From Ginkgo biloba (taxonomy: Eukaryota > Plantae > Ginkgophyta), in NCBI GenBank assembly GCA_024626585.2, contig JANKJI020000002.1, positions 130,633,187 through 130,650,449 of the forward strand: DNA of 17,263 bases, in the 5' to 3' direction. The notes under the pieces are model-generated. The model ran no database searches, was not told the origin of the DNA, and saw only the letters and a program-made list of their open reading frames with translations. Both the position numbers and the translations under genes were made by a program. Below, in pieces: positions 11,223 through 17,263 of the stretch (position 1 is its first letter; each line of letters starts with the position of its first letter).

Positions 11223-11409
11223 TTTGTTATATATCTACTTGAGTTTGAATATCTCCCCTAGATTTGTTTGTTATCATTTTGGGAATGCCTTACAAGAGGT
11301 TGAATTGATTGGTTGCATGTTGGGTTCAGAGATCTTTAGATAGAGATTGTTGATATACTTAACTAGTCTTGTAAGTTGTGGTCAATGGTATGACTCATAA
11401 AGATGGCTA

Positions 11410-11640
11410 GATTGATATCACAACGAGTATTTCTACAATACTATCGAGATTCTTGTTATCCTTGACTATGTTACAATGTGTATTTATGTACCTTAGGCCA
11501 CTATGATATGCAATTACACAATGAAGCTACGGTGTGTATTTCCATAGCTATATGGTTTCATGATAATAATGCAATGAACATCCATGATGTTTATTTCCAT
11601 GGATTGAGGTTATATTTTACTATGTGGTAGCACCAAATAG
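11410..11640. repeat. Highly degenerate tandem repeat, period about 55 bp
   Basis: Core (g/t)tattt(c) in similar context (acaatgtgtattt, acggtgtgtatttccat, atgatgtttatttccat) at 11427, 11480, 11536, 11591; spacings 53, 56, 55. Confidence 0.45.
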
Positions 11641-12239
11641 ATGCTATGTGGGAAGCTTCATACAACTGATGTATTATATAGTTTCGAAAAAGATGCTAGA
11701 GAACCATCTAGCGTATAATCCCATATTAACCCATGCTTCATGTGTTCTATTACCTTCTATTGTACCATGGATAGAATAGATATCTTTTGTTGTACCAATC
11801 ACATGTGTGCTTGATTGTTGATGCAAGTTCCATAGGTATTGACACTAGAGCCTAAATAGTTTGCCATTTTACATGCCAAAAGTCCCTCCAAAGGAGCGAA
11901 CTATTTTTACTTGTGAATCATTCTCCTCCAGCTTGTGAATGAATGGTTTTCTTAATTATGGATCCCACATATTCTTCTGATGAGACTAACCATCTCCTTC
12001 TCTTGCATGTGCAGTTATCTTGTGCAACTGTTGGCCTTCTATTGGTCAATTGAACATGTCTACTCTAGGTTGTAACAATATGGAGACCATTTATATCTTG
12101 ATTTGACTCGCGTTTTCTTTCTTCCTAGCTCGAGTTTAAATGACCCTATCTAAGACATGTTGTCCCTTTAGTTTAACATACTTCAAGTTGTTATCTAGGG
12201 TTTTGTGCCATATATCGACTAAGTTTTGGGCATTATTTG

Positions 12240-12585
12240 GCATGATCCAATGACATATCCAGCATGGATGACTACTATAATGTATAAACCAATGGCCTAT
12301 CTAGTATGGGCCAACTAATACAAGTATAGGCTAACAACTTGTATAGCATGGATTGAGCATTGGTCTATGGGTTGTGCATTGTAGTGTAAATTGAGGGTGC
12401 ACTAAGAGTTGATCTATCGACCAAGCTTCAAACTATGGACTGAGCATTAGATGAAGCATGAACTAAGCATCGGACCATGAATCGAGTATCTGGGCTATGA
12501 CCATGAACCGAGCAAGCAAACTATGGACCAAAGACCAAATTATGAATTGGCAATCGACAGGAGTGCAGATTGAGCATTCAAGTGA
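12240..12585. repeat. Degenerate minisatellite, 19-22 bp units
   Basis: Units such as catggattgagcattggt, ctatcgaccaagcttcaaa, ctatggactgagcattaga, catgaactaagcatcggac, catgaatcgagtatctggg, catgaaccgagcaagcaaa, ctatggaccaaagaccaaa; approximate consensus CYATGGACCGAGCATCGGA. Confidence 0.7.
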
Positions 12586-12966
12586 CTTGACCAAGGTTAG
12601 GCTATGGAGACCAAGGGAGAGTAAGCATGCAGAGCGATCTGTTAAGAATGAATCATTAATTAATGAAGCAATTAAGGGGAAAAGGCACATATTAGAATGA
12701 AGAGATATATGTACATGATGTGCTATTTGAGATGAAAGGTTGTGACTATAATTTATGTAGAGAAATGAATGTATAAGTAATAAGAAAAAATGAAAGAGAA
12801 AAAATTGAGAGTTAGTGAACAATAAACAATTTTTGTATGGAGAAAACATCTTGCATAGTTATTGTTGATCAATGAATGCATGAGAGTGTACCCCGCATTG
12901 TAATTTTTGTGTTTAATNNNNNNNNNNNNNNNNNNNNAAATATATGTGCAATGTTTGTGAACCTAG

Positions 12967-13017
12967 TTGCTAATCATGGATCTAGGCTTGTAACCTAGTG
13001 GGATCCATAATTAGCAA
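12967..13017. repeat. Inverted repeat / hairpin
   Basis: ttgctaatcatggatc ... gatccataattagcaa (15/16 complementary) enclosing ctagg...cctag. Confidence 0.75.
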
Positions 13018-13141
13018 TAATTGCTTTCATTACATAATAATGCTACAAATAATGATAGGAACCAGAGACCAACAATAGACTAAGTCTTGAAACCTACTAC
13101 ATTAAGCATAAAAAATGAATATATGTGCCAAAAATCGTTAA

Positions 13142-13194
13142 CCTTGGCTATGGTAATCATTATGGGTCTAAATTAAACCCACCCATAGCCAAGG
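13142..13194. repeat. Inverted repeat / hairpin just upstream of the putative gag start
   Basis: Perfect 12-bp arms ccttggctatgg (13142-13153) and ccatagccaagg (13183-13194), with inner gggtctaa/ttaaaccc stem. Confidence 0.75.
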
Positions 13195-13203
13195 GGTCTT
13201 TTG

Positions 13204-14930
13204 ATGCCATCAATAGGTAAGCCAATTACATCGAAAGGGTCTAGAGGGGATCGTCACACTCATTGGAGAAAGGAAAGGTAAATAACTAGAAAAAGACAAC
13301 CATATCTCAAGGTTGACGAACTAAATAATACTCATAAAGAGGAAAAGACAATGGATGTCAAATCTTTGTGGAAAAAAAAGGACAACTCAATGAGCAACTG
13401 TAATAATGATCACCTTTACATAAACTTGGATGAAACCCAAACCACAAACCCTATTGGTGATGAAAATCATTTTGAGGATGAGGTCATATCTGATAGAGTG
13501 GCACTTGGAGTAACAAGAACAAAAGAGACTTGACTAAGTCCAGACTTCAACAACAAGACAAGCAAAGATCCCTTAGTTTTTTAGATCAATACAAACACTC
13601 TAAAGAAATTGTACACAACCTTCACATTTGGATATCAACTGTAGTGTGGTGATAGAGGAAATCACCAGAGCACCTACATCAAAAGAGTTACCAACTGCAA
13701 TCCAACATTCACAAATACCATATGTTGTAAGTAAAAAAAAATCCTGTACCTGAAGATGGCAAGTATGTATATACTAACCCAAGGCACTCCTCTTGGACAA
13801 AATTGCAACAATAATGATAATAATGGTAATAGTGGTTAAAATAGTAACAATGGCAACCATAACAATAATCAAGGAAATTGACAAAATGGGAGGTCCTTGG
13901 CCAACGATGGTTGTATATTCGAGAAAATAGTTGTCCCACCTAATATATGATGGGGATAGGGACCCTTCTAATTATCTAGCATTGTTCCTCAATAATAGTG
14001 CACTTTGCTACATTATTGTTGAAGATGAGATCAAAAGAAGATTCTTTCAAACACTCTGTGGCATTGCCCTCTCATGGTGCCTATGCGTTCACAAAACATG
14101 ATGGAAAGAAATCTAGGAAATGTTTCTAGATCATTTTCAAAGACTACATGATCTAGCTTCCATTACAAAGGCATTGTGAGAAATTCAAAAAAGAAATGAC
14201 TAGATGGTACAACACTTCAATGGCATCCAAACTCGATGCACCTAATGCAGTAACTCCAATCCACGTTCTAGAATAGTTCATGATAGGATTGGTGCCAAAA
14301 TTCCAAGATAAAATTCGACAATAACAAATGGATAAAAATGAACGAGTGAAACACTTTACTATGGTCTTTGAGAAGCAGATGTAGAATGACCAATCCCTCC
14401 ATTACTATTTAGACTAGGAGTACAATTAGTATCCTTAGAACTACTATCAACACTCAACAAGAAATGTGGTGCATGTAGACGAAAATGTGGTAGTGTACGA
14501 ATCAAATTAAAAAGTTGCAAGCCAAAATATCTAGACTAAAAAATTGAGAAGAAAGTTCGTCCATGTGGTAACATACCTAGAATGAACACATTGATGAAAT
14601 GGAAATTGTGAAATTGTGTTGTAGTAAGTGCAAGGTAAAGACCCACAACACTTGCACTATTATTTGAACTTATGCAATAGGAAAAACAGTTGTGGATGAG
14701 GCAACAAGGTGACTATCAAGGTTATTATACTCATCATATCAACTACCAAAGAGCAGATTGGAATTAGAAAGGAAAAACATTTCATGTACGCCACTTGAAT
14801 GTCTTCAGTGGTGTTATTGCTCTTGCGATTGTCCATACAACATAGTCAATAAACTCTTCTGTTATAAATATTATGGAAATAACAATCTTAGCAATTGGGG
14901 AAAATTGCTTAAGCAACATAGGATTCAACC
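13204..14930 (+). mobile_element. Degenerate Ty3/gypsy gag (Retrotrans_gag domain plus tandem zinc-knuckle relics)
   Basis: From 13946: YDGDRDPSNYLALF...EIKRRFFQTLCGIALSW...*WKEI*EMFLDHF...L*EIQKRND*MVQHF...FMIGLVP (14277); Asn/Gly-rich linker about 13805-13875; knuckle relics CSKCKVKTHNT (about 14620), CLQWCYCSCDCP (about 14800-14835), LFCYKYYGNNNLSNW (about 14855-14900). The ATG at 13204 is in frame with ORF 13351, but this start is tentative. Confidence 0.85.
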
Positions 14931-15176
14931 TCTGTAGCAAGATTATGGACACAAATATTCATCTCACAAGATCATGCCACACAAATGTATGCATGTGTCT
15001 TGNNNNNNNNNNNNNNNNNNNNNNNNNNNNNNNNNNNNNNNNNNNNNNNNNNNNNNNNNNNNNNNNNNNNNNNNNNNNNNNNNNNNNNNNNNNNNNNNNN
15101 NNGTCAATTTTAACCCTTCATAAGTCTCTTTTGACCCCTCTTTCCTGGTCTGTGACACCAAGGAACTTCCTTGTAG

Positions 15177-17067
15177 CTGAACAACCAAGATCCTGCGAAC
15201 TTATTCGTAGTGGTGACTCAAAATTTTTTGAAGGTGGGGGAGAGCCTGTTAGCTAGGGATCTCTGCCAAATCCCTAAGCCTACAAGCAAAGGACAAAATA
15301 CTAACAATTTTGCTTGAGTGAGGACACTCAAGAATGTAGTTTTCGTTGAGATGCTAGCTGGGATTTTGTGCCATGAACCAACTATTCTAGCATGAACTGA
15401 TGACATATGTTATGTGGACCAACTTCTGTAAGGTATAAACCGACAACATACCTAGTATGGATCAACTCATATGAGTGCAGATTGAGATCTTATACATCAC
15501 ATACATAAGATTGTACCCCATCTCATGATTAATGTGTTCAATGTGTTAAGCATACTATGTATGGAATCTATGTGCAATTTGTATGTGTATGTGTATATAT
15601 TCTCTATGTATAAACCTCGTTTCTAACTATGCATCTAGGCTTGGGTAATCTAGTCAAGTTCACAATAAACAATCACAAAGTTTTTCCTATACTGGTAATT
15701 TTTTATGTTTTCCTAGCCCTTTATTTCAGTTTTGGATTTTTTTGTATTTGTTTATTTGCAGCTTCCCATGGCATGCCTCTTGGTATATGTGGTATCATGG
15801 CATGGCATGATTCCATTCTATTGCCATCTCATGGTATTTATATAAAGAACTTTTTTCGTAATTATTGTCTATAGTTGTGTACGCTATCTTCAATCAGACC
15901 ATTAGTTGTTTGACCTGTTTTTATGCCCAGGTTTTGCTTCCCTAAGGAGAAAACCTAACTAAAACTCCTTACTTTCGAGAAATATTATTTAAGTTGCATG
16001 ATCCATGTCATTCCCTCAACGAATTTCATGCAATCTGATAAAGTGTTTATATATAGTTGATTCTACGTGTTAGTTTCTGTAATTTGGTCTGTACCCAAAT
16101 TTTGATTGGATTTTTCTTTTATTACAGATAATAGAAGGCATTCAGAAGCTTATGAATGTAACAGTTGATCCTCCCACATTTGTGCAGGTATTTCTCCTTA
16201 TGAATTGTTGGTTTTTTTAGTGTCAAACTTTTTGCACTTTATTGAATCATTTTCTAGTAAATAATCATGATTATATTAATAAGAACAAATACATGCATGA
16301 ATTGCTCAAAAGGATTGATACACTTATACTATCCATTGATTCTATGTAATATCTCTTAAATATCGTACATGTATACAAAAATAAAATAGTGGTGCTTCAT
16401 AAATATCATCTCAACTCACTATACTTGTTATCTTATCAGAATGATAGAAACCCTTGAATTTGCCAGACTGCTTTATCCTTTGGATCTAAATACATGTATA
16501 ACACAAGAAAAAATGGAGGACAATCAAGTAGCAAAGAAACGATCATGACAATTATTCGTGAAATTTTAAAAAGGAGGTCAATTTGATTTTCCAAGACGTT
16601 GGCCATGCTTGTTGATTTGATTACACATATGAACCTTGAGCTATCAACTATGGACATAAATAATCATTGTTCTTGGGAAACACCAATGAGAGGTAGAACA
16701 ACCCAGGGGACTATCTATGGGTTACAAGACACAACAAAGGCGGCAAGCCTCATTTGATTTAACCAAAGGAGCTTTGCCTGTTACTCATCCAGCCTTTGTT
16801 CTTGCTGACAATAGGCATTCTTGTTAAAAAAAGGTACAAGATCCAATAGCTCGTTGATTGTTTAAGGATATCAACATCTTGATCCATTGGCATTGCTTGG
16901 CTTGTGTGATTCTTGATCAACATNNNNNNNNNNNNNNNNNNNNNNNNNNNNNNNNNNNNNNNNNNNNNNNNNNNNNNNNNNNNGCTTGGAAAACATTTAT
17001 GTGCATCATTCTTGCTAGAGTGGAGCGAGAAGCTTTGTATTCCAAGCAAGAGTTAGACATGTGGGAG
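15177..17067 (+). pseudogene. Intron-containing pseudogene fragment (6 exons) of an unidentified, probably helical protein
   Basis: Exons 15177-15432, 15639-15694, 15762-15833, 15931-15993, 16128-16187, 16440-17067; introns of 206, 67, 97, 134 and 252 nt, T-rich with YAG acceptors and GTA donors (the fourth donor is damaged). Phases join (1,0,0,0,0). There are eight in-frame stops and one frameshift. Confidence 0.75.
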
Positions 17068-17263
17068 GTAATTTACATATTTGTCAATGTTATCATGGAT
17101 CAACTTCTCCACTTGACTCATACAATCATTGTATGCAATACCTTTCCTTTTCTTCATTTACAAAAGGGACAAGTCCATTGATTTGGTCACTGTAGTATAT
17201 GAAGGCATCATAATCTCCAAGGTCTACATAGTGTACTTTTGGCTTATTCCTAAATAAAAGAAT

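Noticed and set aside
10779-11261. ORFs spanning N runs (also 1222, 3510, 3605, 3646, 14873, 14964, 16759)
   Set aside because: Their length is an artefact of untranslatable Ns.
12240-12585. CRISPR-like repeat array
   Set aside because: Units are contiguous and degenerate with no unique spacers; eukaryotic context and no cas genes.
12463-12849. 128-aa minus-strand ORF (and 142-450, 9803-10027, 13709-13939)
   Set aside because: Low-complexity products of repeats, or antisense to gag or leader sequence; no recognisable domain.
15213-15252. PPT-like GAAGGTGGGGGAGAG followed by TGTTAG, and DSKFFEGGG resembling a gypsy integrase C-terminus (possible 3' LTR start at 15247)
   Set aside because: No integrase or chromodomain sequence upstream within the contig and no matching LTR end. 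Another frame reads through as protein-like sequence to a phase-compatible splice donor at 15433. It remains a live alternative for the 5' part of the first exon.
15790-15797. TGGTATCA, partial tRNA-Met primer binding site
   Set aside because: Only 8 nt match, not preceded by an LTR-terminal CA, and inside a predicted exon.
15315-16857. U-to-C RNA editing rescuing the stops, as in fern and hornwort organelles
   Set aside because: The locus has spliceosomal-type introns and nuclear TE context, plus a frameshift and a damaged donor that editing would not repair.

Overview
AT-rich, CpG-depleted eukaryotic nuclear DNA from a fragmented assembly. There are nine N-gaps, five of them exactly 100 N, so adjacency across those is unproven. 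The retrotransposon motifs and short GT-AG introns point to a land plant, probably a fern, lycophyte or gymnosperm (inference). No intact gene, RNA gene or CRISPR array is visible. Most of the window is decayed Ty3/gypsy LTR-retrotransposon sequence from at least three lineages: two chromovirus integrase copies (one with a chromodomain), a gag-PR-RT-RNaseH remnant with atypical GYWQI/TEKxCL motifs, a non-chromovirus RNaseH-integrase remnant, and a gag with several zinc knuckles. The ORF track misses the most notable feature, a six-exon, phase-consistent but stop-ridden cellular-type gene fragment at 15177-17067 (+) encoding about 380 aa that I cannot assign to a family. Also present are a second, weaker spliced fragment (about 8400-8885, -), a decayed coiled-coil ORF behind a CpG-rich leader (possible LINE 5' end), two hairpins upstream of gag and degenerate minisatellites. 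All translations were done by eye and no database search was run.
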